This document shows, piece after piece, positions 1 through 12,282 of a stretch of 64,000 nucleotides of DNA. Every line of letters begins with the position of its first letter. The stretch's first letter is position 1. The notes beneath the pieces were generated by a model that had not been told where the DNA came from, searched no databases, and saw nothing but the letters and a program-made list of their open reading frames with translations. A program made the position numbers and the translations under genes. This stretch comes from Antedon mediterranea (Eukaryota; Animalia; Echinodermata), in NCBI RefSeq assembly GCF_964355755.1, contig NC_092673.1, forward strand, positions 20,705,648-20,769,647, written 5' to 3'.

Positions 1-444
1 GTGATTCTAATTCAATTTGTCCCAAAGATTTTATATAGCAGCGTGTTAAGCGTATAACGCGAACGCATTCTATATGATCCTCGTATACAAAAAATGCTAG
101 ATATAGCAAGAAATTATTAATTCCATTGCGATTAACAATATAATTAATTTTATAGAAACTTCACTGTGCATACAAGAATATGTGTTGTAATTTATGTGGT
201 CTTAATGTATTATATTAGATTATTATTTCTTATATTAAATAATGTTTTTGAACACATTTACGGCCGCCATCTTCGTTTATCTCACTGATTTGTCCACATT
301 AGTGCTAAGGTACAATTTTAAACTGTATTTAACCATTAAAATAAAACAGCAGGTCTTAGTTTTAAAAGGGGTTATTAGCTATAGAAAGTAGACCCATTTT
401 GTAATAGGCCATTTTAGGAGAGTTCATGAGGATCAAACATGTAA

Positions 445-3400
445 TAGGTTGGAGAGATCACTTAAACCATAGGTAGGGGAGATCACTTAAACCATAGGTA
501 GGGGAGATCACTTAAACCATAGGTAGGGGAGATCACTTAAACCATAGGTAGGGGAGATCACTTAAACCATAGGTAGGGGAGATCACTTAAACCATAGGTA
601 GGGGAGATCACTTAAACCATAGGTAGGGGAGATCACTTAAACCATAGGTAGGGGAGATCACTTAAACCATAGGTAGGGGAGATCACTTAAACCATAGGTA
701 GGGGAGATCACTTAAACCATAGGTTGGGGAGATCACTTAAACCATAGGTAGGGGAGATCACTTAAACCATAGGTAGGGGAGATCACTTAAACCATAGGTA
801 GGGGAGATCACTTAAACCATAGGTAGGGGAGATCACTTAAACCATAGGTAGGGGAGATCACTTAAACCATAGGTAGGGGAGATCACTTAAACCATAGGTA
901 GGGGAGATCACTTAAACTATAGGTAGGGGAGATCACTTAAACTATAGGTAGGGGAGATCACTTAAACCATAGGTAGGGGAGATCACTTAAACTATAGGTA
1001 GGGGTGGAGATCACTTAAACCATAGGTATGGGAGATCACATAAATTATAGATAGGGGTGGAGATTACTTAAACCATAGGTAGGGAGATCACATAAACCAT
1101 AGGTAGCGGAGATCACTTAAACCATAGGTAGGGAGATCACTTAAACTATAGGTAGGGGTGGAGATCACTTAAACCATAGGTAGGGGAGATCACTTAAACC
1201 ATAGGTAGGGGAGATCACTTAAACCATAGGTAGGGGAGATCACTTAAACCATAGGTAGGGGAGATCACTTAAACCATAGGTAGGGGAGATCACTTAAACC
1301 ATAGGTAGGGGAGATCACTTAAACCATAGGTTGGGGAGATCACTTAAACCATAGGTAGGGGAGATCACTTAAACCATAGGTAGGGGAGATCACTTAAACC
1401 ATAGGTAGGGGAGATCACTTAAACCATAGGTAGGGGAGATCACTTAAACCATAGGTTGGGGAGATCACTTAAACCATAGGTAGGGGAGATCACTTAAACC
1501 ATAGGTAGGGGAGATCACTTAAACCATAGGTAGGGGAGATCACTTAAACCATAGATAGGGGAGATCACTTAAACCATAGATAGGGGAGATCACTTAAACC
1601 ATAGGTAGGGGAGATCACTTAAACCATAGGTAGGGGAGATCACTTAAACCATAGGTAGGGGAGATCACTTAAACCATAGGTAGGGGAGATCACTTAAACT
1701 ATAGGTAGGGGAGATCACTTAAACCATAGGTAGGGGAGATCACTTAAACTATAGGTAGGGGTGGAGATCACTTAAACCATAGGTATGGGAGATCACATAA
1801 ATTATAGATAGGGGTGGAGATTACTTAAACCATAGGTAGGGAGATCACATAAACCATAGGTAGCGGAGATCACTTAAACCATAGGTAGGGAGATCACTTA
1901 AACTATAGGTAGGGGTGGAGATCACTTAAACCATAGGTAGGGGAGATCACTTAAACCATAGGTAGGGGAGATCACTTAAACCATAGGTAGGGGAGATCAC
2001 TTAAACCATAGGTAGGGGAGATCACTTAAACCATAGGTAGGGGAGATCACTTAAACCATAGGTAGGGAGATCACATAAACCATAGGTAGCGGAGATCACT
2101 TAAACCATAGGTAGGGAGATCACTTAAACTATAGGTAGGGGTGGAGATCACTTAAACCATAGGTAGGGGAGATCACTTAAACCATAGGTAGGGGAGATCA
2201 CTTAAACCATAGGTAGGGGAGATCACTTAAACCATAGGTAGGGGAGATCACTTAAACCATAGGTAGGGGAGATCACTTAAACCATAGGTAGGGGAGATCA
2301 CTTAAACCATAGGTAGGGGAGATCACTTAAACCATAGGTTGGGGAGATCACTTAAACCATAGGAAGGGGAGATCACTTAAACCATAGGTAGGGGAGATCA
2401 CTTAAACCATAGGTAGGGGAGATCACTTAAACCATAGGTAGGGGAGATCACTTAAACCATAGGTTGGGGAGATCACTTAAACCATAGGTAGGGGAGATCA
2501 CTTAAACCATAGGTAGGGGAGATCACTTAAACCATAGGTAGGGGAGATCACTTAAACCATAGATAGGGGAGATCACTTAAACCATAGATAGGGGAGATCA
2601 CTTAAACCATAGGTAGGGGAGATCACTTAAACCATAGGTAGGGGAGATCACTTAAACCATAGGTAGGGGAGATCACTTAAACCATAGGTAGGGGAGATCA
2701 CTTAAACTATAGGTAGGGGAGATCACTTAAACCATAGGTAGGGGAGATCACTTAAACTATAGGTAGGGGTGGAGATCACTTAAACCATAGGTATGGGAGA
2801 TCACATAAATTATAGATAGGGGTGGAGATTACTTAAACCATAGGTAGGGAGATCACATAAACCATAGGTAGCGGAGATCACTTAAACCATAGGTAGGGAG
2901 ATCACTTAAACTATAGGTAGGGGTGGAGATCACTTAAACCATAGGTAGGGGAGATCACTTAAACCATAGGTAGGGGAGATCACTTAAACCATAGGTAGGG
3001 GAGATCACTTAAACCATAGGTAGGGGAGATCACTTAAACCATAGGTAGGGGAGATCACTTAAACCATAGGTAGGGGAGATCACTTAAACCATAGGTAGGG
3101 GAGATCACTTAAACCATAGGTTGGGGAGATCACTTAAACCATAGGTAGGGGAGATCACTTAAACCATAGGTAGGGGAGATCACTTAAACCATAGGTAGGG
3201 GAGATCACTTAAACCATAGGTAGGGGAGATCACTTAAACCATAGGTAGGGGAGATCACTTAAACCATAGGTAGGGGAGATCACTTAAACTATAGGTAGGG
3301 GAGATCACTTAAACCATAGGTAGGGGAGATCACTTAAACTATAGGTACGGGTGGAGATCACTTAAACCATAGGTATGGGAGATCACATAAATTATAGATA

Positions 3401-3506
3401 GGGGTGGAGATTACTTAAACCATAGGTAGGGAGATCACATAAACCATAGGTAGCGGAGATCACTTAAACCATAGGTAGCGGAGATCACTTAAACCATAGG
3501 GTAGGT
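445..3506. repeat. 25-bp minisatellite (GGGGAGATCACTTAAACCATAGGTA)n, about 120 copies
   Basis: Directly visible near-perfect head-to-tail repeats with recurrent variant monomers and no spacers. Confidence 0.98.
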
Positions 3507-3815
3507 AAAGCTTGGTTTTCACTTGGACAAAATGTAATACCGTAGGCACACACTTAGCAGTTCTGATGATCCTTTGTGTTGTAATTAGTCAAATTACTGC
3601 GATTTGCCGTCCCTTGAGAACTGGGTAATTAATCATTCCTTAACAATTAATTAACAGACTAAATTTGCAGGGTACACACCGGTCCTTCAGGACTGTGTAG
3701 TGACATTTCAGATAAAAACATGAACCCATCTTAAAATGTAACTTCTATTGCTCACATGAATTGTTAAAATGAACAATGAAATGGACACAGTGTTTGCATC
3801 ATTACATAATCATTC

Positions 3816-3821
3816 TTTATT
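3816..3821 (-). terminator. Candidate polyadenylation signal AATAAA of the protease gene
   Basis: TTTATT on + about 100 nt downstream of the stop codon. Confidence 0.5.
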
Positions 3822-3918
3822 ATCAACAACAGTAATTACATCTCTAATTTTTAATTTAAATAACTTCACTATGTCAACTGCATTGCAGCTTTCTTTTATG
3901 GTAATAATCTACTGATCT

Positions 3919-6900
3919 TTATGCCAGATAAAGGAGAAGATTTGGAGATCCAGTGCCAACATTGTTAACAGCATCGGCAGTAGCATCACTTATAATCTTA
4001 GAGCTGGTTGCGCTAGCACTGTATCCATTACCAAGATGGACAGCTGCCACACCAGAGACGTGTGGGCAAGCCATGGATGTACCACTGATGGTGTTGGTGG
4101 CAGAGTTGCTGTTGTGCCAAGTGGAGGTGATGTCAGAGCCTGGAGCGAAAATGTCAACGCATGATCCATAGTTGGAGAATGATGATCTGTCATCATAAGA
4201 GCTCCAGGTACCAGAGATTGTTGTAGCTCCTACAGTGATGGCCTGCAATAATAATTCATGTTGAAATATTCTAGTTTTGTAACAAAATAATCAACATTTA
4301 CAGGACATTTTTAGGGATGTTTAATACATTTATTTCATCTTGATGCACTTAAGTAGAAATTGATCAGTGCTTCTAATTCTCTAATCTCATTATTTTGTTA
4401 CATTTGGTAGGAACTTCTTTCATCTTTATCTTTTAAACAGTGTCAACATATATACATATAGGTTGCCACGTACTTATGACCTATGCCAACCTCGGTTTGA
4501 TGAGCTGAGTGTATGCACATGCAATGCCAACACTGAAACATGTGCATTCCTCTGGCCTAGACCTGTCCCAAGTCTGTATTTATTTTCTTTTTTATGTTAG
4601 TCCACTGTCAGTGTTTTGATTTTTGTCTGGAAAGTGAGCTCAAGTATTATACATATGAAAGGCCATATGTACAAATATTTGCGCAGCTTTTTGCAAATAT
4701 TGGAAACACGGTCTAGAACCTAGACTACCCTTAAAGCTATAGCTATAAATTATACTTACATCACTGCTTCTAGCTGGTGAGTAGTTACAGGCATCAGCAT
4801 TGTCATTACCAGCAGCGACAGAAACGACGACACCAGCATTGGCAAGACGTGTGATTGCTCTGTCGGTGGAGATTGAAGCTCCTCCTCCAAGAGACATGGA
4901 TGCCACAGCTGGATGTTTGGCATTGGATGCAACCCAATCAATACCTATAATAGTAAAAGTTTTATTTTATTTCCTGTAAATCATCTTACAATTAAAAAAC
5001 ATAGATTTATATAATTAATTTAGAATCTTTATTTCAATATTTATTTCCTGTAAATCATCTTATAGAATACATTTATGACTGAGGTACAGTACAAGTAAAT
5101 TAAAAGCATTCAAAAAGAAAAACAGATTTATGCATCATAATTCATTTAGATTTTTTAGAAGTCCCAGCATCTTTATCAAAGTTTCAATATTATTGTGTAC
5201 AATTTACAAAGATCTTACCCTCTACAACATCACTGTTGCTACCAGATCCGAGACATCCAAGAACTCTAACACCGTATACTTTAGCTCCCTTGGCTACACC
5301 CCAGGTGTTACTAGCGGTGGTTCCAGCGCAATGGGTTCCGTGTCCGTTACAGTCAACACCCTATAATCAATTACAATTTAATGCATATCTTCGAAAAAGG
5401 TTTTCATCTAGTTTTTTTTATCTGTATACAATTCTGTACATAAACCAGTAGTTAGATGCGTGCATGTGTTGGAGGCGCTGCTCCACAACTAGCAAAGCTA
5501 CTCTTAACAGCCACTAACATCCAGTAATTACCAGATGAAGATTTGTCGAAACAAAGTCGAAACGTAGCACACACATGTTTCTAATTACTGGTTTAATGTA
5601 ATGAATTGGATACAGAAATTTAATGTATAGTTTAGAGTTCATTTTGAATTCTAATATTAAAACAATTTAGCAAATAACCATTTTGGTTGATTCATATGAA
5701 TACATAACATTGGCTGCTGTTAATTTTAAAAATAATAAGCCATATGTCAATAAATAGATATGCTGGACACAAATTCATTATTTATCTATAAAGCTCTGTC
5801 TACAATATCAAAATTTATGTGACAAAAAAACGTGATGTGCCCATATATGGACATGATGGTGTCATATCACTACCATATTTAGGCATATCACTACCATATT
5901 TAAGACTTACATCACCGTCTCTGGCATCGTATGCTACAGCAGCACGTCCACTAAAATCGTTGTGAGTTGGGTTAATGCCAGTATCTATGACGTAGATATT
6001 AGCACCGCTACCAGTTCCTACCAAAAAATTAAATTAATTAATTTACAAAATGTCATATAATGTTTTGACACATTAGTCTTACTAATCTATCCTACTGCTC
6101 AATTGCACATTTACAGATTTTTAAATAATAAATATTTTATAAATAAAAAAGCATTGCTCCCTACCGCTAACTGAGAAATCTCCGTCTAATGGAAGGTTTC
6201 TTTGATCGACACGATCAAGTCCCCATGTGACAGCCTGAGCTCTTACGATGCTGTCTTCTTCTATGTACTCGACGCCCTCAACTTCACGGATCTGTGAGTC
6301 GATATAAAAGAAATATTTTTGTCACTCATTTGATGGGTCCATCGATATCAGCTGCATTATTTGTGTTTGGGAAAATACTGTATTATTTAGAGGGTTGGCT
6401 TCTGTTTATTTAGGGGTTAGGTTGATTTTTTAGTCGTTAATGTTGATATATTTGGCTTTCAAATTTGTGTTTTGTGTTTGTTTGATTGTTTTAGAACCCC
6501 ACTAAAATTACATTCTCCGAATGTATTTCCCTGTCCCAGGTGGTTCACATACAGACATCATGCGTATCTAACATACACAAACATGTGTAGAAAAAGTATA
6601 ATAGTTTTGCTGAGTGTAATTTTTCACCAGCTAGTAATCATGAATTTGATGTGCGAGAGTAGGCGTACTAGAGTTGTCATTTAATTAATTAATCACCACA
6701 AGCTCCCCACACATACTCACTGTCATCTTTATGCCCTGGACCCCCTCTATTTCACAATCCTTGATCCGCCCCTGATTGAAACAATTATAGGATACACCAT
6801 TTTATAATAGATATACTAGTGAATCCGTGCTAGTGTACTTACCGCATTAACAGCCTCATCATCAAGTTCGGCTACAATGGCTTTGACAGTTTGCAATTTC

Positions 6901-7936
6901 TTCAAGATTTTTGCTTTTAGGTTACTTGCGAAAACAACATTGTCGACATTTGCATCATCCTGTGAAATAGAATAAGCAGAAAATAAGCCTTAAATAATAA
7001 CAATAACAGTGGGCGTCACTTGGAGGGGATTTTACACATCTAAGTACATCACAAACTTTAAATTTGTTAGATGTTTAATAATAGGACCTTGTCTGGTGCG
7101 AGGGAATTATCAAACTCATATGTAATACTGTAGGTGGGGAGTTTACTCAGACCAAAGCCGGCATTAGGGAGTTTACTCAGATCAAAACATGCATACTGTA
7201 GGTAGGAAATTTACTCAGACCAAAGCCTGCTTAGGTAGTGAGTTTACTTAGACCAAAGCCTGGATAGGTAGGGAGTTTACTCAGACCAAAGCCTACATAG
7301 GTAGAGAGTTTACTCAGACCAAAGCCTAAATAGGTAGGGAGTACTGTATACTCAGACCAAGGCCTGCATAGGTAGGGGAGTTTACCGAGACCAAAGCCTG
7401 GATACGTAGGGGGTTTACTTAAACCATAGACTGGATAGGTAAGGAGTTTACTCAGACCAAAGCCTGCATAGGTAGGGAGTTTACTCAGACTAAAGCCTGC
7501 ATAGGTAGGGAGTTTACTCGGACCAAAGCCTGCTTAGGTTGGGAGTTTACTCAGACCAAAGCCTGGATAGGTTGGGAGTTTACTTGGACCAAAGCCTGCA
7601 TAGGTAAGGAGTTTACTCAGACTAAAGCCTGCATAGGTAGGGAGTTTACTCGGACCAAAGCCTGCTTAGGTTGGGAGTTTACTCAGACCAAAGCCTGGAT
7701 AGGTTGGGAGTTTACTCAGACCAAAGCCTGGATAGGTAAGGGATTTACTTAGACCAAACTTAGAGCATGGTTTAATAGGAAGATGAAAAACCATGATGTA
7801 AAGTAAGAAGAAAATATTGTTTTACCTTGAGTCCAACGATGTATTTGCCTGGGATTCTGTCAGCTCCATGAGTGTGGAGAGGTGCAAGCTTAGCACATGC
7901 AACAGTGGCGAGGAGAAGTACAATGAAGCAACGCAT
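3919..7936 (-). CDS. Secreted proteinase K/aqualysin-like S8A subtilisin serine protease with I9 propeptide, 7 exons, 370 aa
   Basis: Exons 7936-7826, 6959-6843, 6291-6165, 6017-5911, 5360-5219, 4944-4760, 4242-3919, all GT-AG and phase-consistent (1113 nt). Signal peptide [15 protein letters not shown]; I9 motifs [10 protein letters not shown] and VEYIEED; mature start [15 protein letters not shown]; catalytic triad motifs [13 protein letters not shown] and [11 protein letters not shown]; oxyanion motif AAGN. Confidence 0.95.
5521..5591 (+). ncRNA. Degenerate type I hammerhead ribozyme-like motif (probable Penelope/retrozyme remnant) in protease intron 4
   Basis: CAGATGA-A-GATTTGT(CGAA)ACAAAGTC-GAAA-CG-TA, closed by the inverted repeat CCAGTAATTA/TAATTACTGG; the core has A in place of the conserved U4. 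Confidence 0.5.
5792..5900. mobile_element. Partial Harbinger-like MITE (TIR AGCTCTGTCTACACTATCAAA family)
   Basis: Left TIR plus internal ATCACTACCATATTT repeats; right end missing; ends close to the exon 4 donor. Confidence 0.75.
7129..7758. repeat. Degenerate 33-bp minisatellite (GGTAGGGAGTTTACTCAGACCAAAGCCTGCATA)n, about 19 copies, in protease intron 1
   Basis: Visible tandem units; sequence related to the 25-bp array. Confidence 0.9.
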
Positions 7937-8001
7937 CTTGTTTCTTGTTATCGGTTGTAGTACAACGATTGAAGTGTGATCTCAACACTAGAACGCATCC
8001 C

Positions 8002-8009
8002 TTTTTATA
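8002..8009 (-). promoter_or_regulatory. TATA box of the protease gene
   Basis: TATAAAAA on the minus strand about 66 nt upstream of the ATG, with an Inr-like TCACACT about 30 nt downstream. Confidence 0.65.
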
Positions 8010-8828
8010 GGCACATATCTCATGTAATCTAAAGATAAAATAATAATAACCCAATTAAAGTACACATTAAATTTTATCTAAATGAACAAATTGAAACATA
8101 TGTGTAGGTATATATCTTTGAAATATGTTCATTTCCCACACAATGACATCACAGATACTGAGTTATAATTTCTCGTATTTCAGACACAAACTGTCCATAT
8201 TATATACAGAGTATTCAAATTATGAATATTTAAGGTAGATAGATAATAAATCATTCTAATCCCTGTATAAGGAAGAACACATATAAAGGTTGTACAAGGC
8301 TTGCCTGTCTCCGAAAACTAAAAAGACATTTTAAAAGTCCTGCAGAAACAAACATACCACTGGATGTTTGGGTCTATGTAACAAAATCATTATTATTATA
8401 ACCATACTCAATTGATTATGTTATAACATACCTAGCTTGACATTTTTACATTTGTAGTTACATTATTAGGCCGTACTACAAAAGTACAAAAAGAACGAAA
8501 CCTGATGTCTAAAAGATTGTACTTGTACACTACTTTATTTTTTTACTAAAATAATAACTATTGTCAAAATTAATGATAATTTGTAAAATTGTTTAAACTC
8601 ACCGAATCTACAGTAAAAGCAAAAGAGTACAAATATAAAGCACTATATTTATTCACTTGCAGATGTATTTATTGCTGGGGTGGACCCAGTTTACTCGGAG
8701 GGGAGGTACCATACTATTGAGAAAAAAAGCATCTCAAAGTTTAATTTTAACCGATTAACCAGACTTTTAGAGTATATAGGCTTACCCAAGGTTTTAAAAT
8801 AACTATTATATCTATATATCTCAATTAT

Positions 8829-9330
8829 CCAAATAATGCATGGTATTTTCCCAATAATGCATTGGGTGATATCCCAATAATGCATGGTATTATCCCAATA
8901 ATGCATTGGGTGATATCCCAATAATGCATGGTATTATCCCAATAATGCATGGGGTGATATCCCAATAATGCATGGTATTTTCCCAATAATGCATGGTATT
9001 TTCACAATAATGCATGGGGTGATATCCCAATAATGCATGGTATTATCCCAATAATGCATTGGGTGATATCCCAATAATGCATGGTATTTTCCCAATAATG
9101 CATGGGGTGATATCCCAATAATGCATGGTATTTTCACAATAATGCATGGGGTAATATCCCAATAATGCATGGTATTATCCCAATAATGCATTGGGTGATA
9201 TCCCAATAATGCATGGTATTTTCACAATAATGCATGGGGTGATATCTCAATAATGCATGGTATTTTCACAATAATGCATGGGGTGATATCCTAATAATGC
9301 AGGGCGATATACCAATAATGCATGGCGATA
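8829..9330. repeat. 44-bp dimeric minisatellite (21+23 bp subunits CCCAATAATGCATGGTATTWT and CCCAATAATGCATKGGGTGATAT)
   Basis: Direct inspection. Confidence 0.92.
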
Positions 9331-10619
9331 TAGTCTCCAAATATTTCAGGTCTATACAATAATTATTTTATTATATCTTAAAAAGGACAGCTTGTTATAT
9401 TAAGTGAGATGACAAACTCACTTTTATGATGCGCCAACCGGCTATCAAGTCTAACAGTCATTCTGCATTGTTAGCATGATTGTTAGCCAGTCATTTTCTC
9501 AGTTACTGTATGCAGTATTGTTCAACTGGTTTTTAGTGTTTATTTGAGGGTTGAGGAGGGTCCTTAGAAAAAACAAAATGATGCAATTCTCTCCCGATTA
9601 TAGCGGAAGTCTCCCGATATTCCGCATAAAATATAATTTTCTCGCTTTATTTTGGATAAACAAAAAAATATTTCGATAATTATGGCGATAGTTTCCCGAT
9701 ATTTTTCTTGACATTTTAATCTAATATTCTAGACGCCAATATATTTTTTAATAGCGACCTAACTAGTTTAAGGTAATTTTCAAAATATTATAGCACCCTC
9801 TATAGTTTGAACATGCTTTCAAACTCTTCCCCATATTTCAGTTTTCCAAGTTGGGAAGTCTGACGATAAAATATAAATGTAAAACTTTATGAATATTTCT
9901 ATTTTTTAATAGCGGCCTACCTAGTTTATGGTAATTTTCAAAATATTATAGCACCCTCTATAGTTTAAACATGCTTTTAAAAATCCTTCCGATATTTCAG
10001 TTTTCTAAGTGGGGAGATGATGATGAAATACAAGTGTAAAACTTTATGAAAAAAAGTCAGTTTAGTTATCAGTTTCATTTATTTGCCAAATGGGACGTGC
10101 AAAAAAACAAGTTACGATAATACAATATTGAAGGCAGACATCAAGACAAGTTTACCATATTGCTAAGTACAGGTGCACATCAATTATTTTGTAAATAATT
10201 ACTCTACATATCTATTATCTATTTGGAATGATAAATGTTCCTTTATTAATAACAACTAAATAATTATCAATACGGATACAATATGGTCTGTGTGAGACTC
10301 TACCATATGTTTTTAACAATCACCATACATCGTATTATTCTAATTTTTTTCTTAATGTTTTTTTGTCTGATAAATGCATTTATACGAAGGCGAGAGAGTC
10401 TTCCCTGGTGCTCTAAATTTAAGAAATTACAATGGCGGCAAAAGATAGGACAGTAGGTCAATTTCAGCACTTAATTTCACCATTTTTAGGCCTAGGCACT
10501 ACCATTTCAAAATCCTGGATCCACCAAAGGAAGTTCTAACGAATATGCGTAAACAATGTATACACCAGGCACTCTTAAGGGTGGCATATGTGCATTGGGT
10601 TGGCGACACATAAACCAAA

Positions 10620-10912
10620 AAGGACTAGTAGTAGAACTTAACCGGAAACTGAGGAAATTGGGAGTAGGATCATCACAGACCCATAGCAGTGCAGCGCCTA
10701 CCAGATCAGCACACCGGGAGACGATCCCCTACTCTTTGCGAATAGTGTACCAAGTTCTGTAATGTGCACTATATGTACATGGGACCAACGGCTTTACATC
10801 CCATTCGAAGGATGAGATAATGTGAAGCATCTTGCCTAATAAGGATGCAATTCGTATGGTACAGAACCCATGCCTATCACATGCTAGTCCAATATTATCA
10901 TTATACCATCAC
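10620..10912 (-). mobile_element. SINE with degenerate tRNA-like head and Deu-like central domain
   Basis: Minus strand has an A-box-like TGGTATAATGA, a B-box-like GGTTCTGTACC, then TCCTTCGAATGGGATGTAAAGCCG...CACTATTCGCAAAGAGTAGGGG...CCCGGTGT; second copy in the opposite orientation at 27143-27368. Confidence 0.7.
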
Positions 10913-10914
10913 TG

Positions 10915-10984
10915 TCGGGTATAACATTGATTAACTTTGGTTATCTGACGAGAACCGTTATTTCAACGCAGTATAGTGTAGTAG
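10915..10984 (-). pseudogene. 5S rRNA 5'-half derived sequence
   Basis: Minus strand CTATACTGCGTTGAAATAACGGTTCTCGTCAGATAACCAAAGTTAATCAATGT resembles invertebrate 5S rRNA (CCATACyACGTTGAA..CACCGGTTCTCGTCCGATCACCGAAGTTAAGCAACGT, recalled consensus); 3' half absent. Confidence 0.65.
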
Positions 10985-11129
10985 TAGAGCCTACTATTAA
11001 TTGTTGGGATGTTTATTTGAATATCCAAAACAATTAGGATAATTTGCACCTCAGAAACTCAAAATATTCAGTAGTTGTGTATAGTTTATGAATAGAGATT
11101 TTATTTACTTTATTTTTATTTTATGTCTT

Positions 11130-11447
11130 TAGGCAATGTGGCCAAGGATTACCAATAGTGAATTAATCACTGTCCTATCAGATAGGTGGTAATCCCCCTG
11201 ATACAGGGGCTATTGAGTGAACCAGTTCATCGGGGTAACCCCCTACTCTTTTTCGAATAATGAACTGGGTTCTACACACAGGTTATAACTGTGTACACTG
11301 GACCTACGGTTTATAGTCCTTATCCGAGAAGACTTGTTCCACCACCAGAACTAGGAGCTAGTCGGCCTCGAACCCTTGCCGATGTTGTTGTTGGCTCTTT
11401 AGGTACGGTAAACGGCGCTCCTGCCTTAACCGCTTGGCCATATGACT
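11130..11447 (-). mobile_element. tRNA-derived SINE with Deu-like domain (second family)
   Basis: A box TGGCCAAGCGG, B box GGTTCGAGGCC, then TTCTCGGATAAGGACTATAAACCG...TATTCGAAAAAAGAGTAGGGGGTTACCCCG; A-rich tail near 11100. Confidence 0.7.
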
Positions 11448-11594
11448 CGATAATATCTCTATAGTATGTAACCTGCTAAAAACTAACAGGAGGAGCTCTT
11501 ATTTTTCCAATTCATTAAATAAAATTCAACCAAAACATGTGTAGTTATTGATAGTTTGTGGAAATTATTTGGAAACAAATAATCGCTTAATGCA

Positions 11595-11780
11595 AAAGCC
11601 TCTAAGTGCTTCACATTATTACCCTAGTAATGTTTGAAATCAAGCATGTTTGGAAACATACTCCCATAGTACAACTAGTAATCAGCGCAGTTGTGTTTTG
11701 ACCTATACCCGGTACCTATTTGTACACCTAGGTGGAGAAAGGCAAATGTAAGTAAAGTGTCTTGCCTAATGATACAAGCA
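11595..11780 (-). mobile_element. SINE fragment with CORE-like segment
   Basis: Minus strand GGCAAGACACTTTAC...CTCCACCTAGGTGTACAAATAGGTACCGG and a 3' end GTGAAGCACTTAGAGG typical of LINE-derived SINE tails. Confidence 0.5.
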
Positions 11781-12282
11781 ATGCGACAAACTTATGTCAT
11801 GTTTCTTCTCTTACCTCTTACAAAATGCTTATGCATTCATTTTCTATCCACTACACGGACAAATACAATTTACAGTAACTGTTTTTACTTTATGACATTT
11901 AATTTCAACATTATCTCACATGTTAAAACATTTTAAAATCGTTTATACCAATCAGCTCTTAACTTCACATAATCTAATTTCAACCAAATGAGATGCATTG
12001 CATTTATTCCATCTTGTAAATGCATCCAAGATGGAAGATGGATAAACAGTATTAGAAACAGTGATTATGTAATCTTTTATTTAAAAAAAATGTATTGTGA
12101 AATATCAGTTGATTAGTAAAACTAAATAGAATATAATTGTTTACCTTAAATTAACAATTGGTATATTCTATTGGAAACGTTGAACATGTTCAGTATATAT
12201 AATAGAGTATTTTGAACATCGATTTAGTAATTAATAAACAAGCTTAATTCGGAATGTAGGACAATAACCACCAGTACAATAC

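Noticed and set aside
445-3506. CRISPR-like array
   Set aside because: Repeats are head-to-tail with no unique spacers, there are no cas genes, and the context is eukaryotic.
3563-3600. CTGATGA as a hammerhead core (also at 20928) or C/D box
   Set aside because: No stem II followed by GAAA and no convincing partner box.
8691-9206. ORFs beginning MGYHPMHYWD
   Set aside because: Translations of the 44-bp minisatellite.
10944-10970. CTGACGA hammerhead core
   Set aside because: No downstream GAAA; better explained as the antisense of the 5S-like segment.
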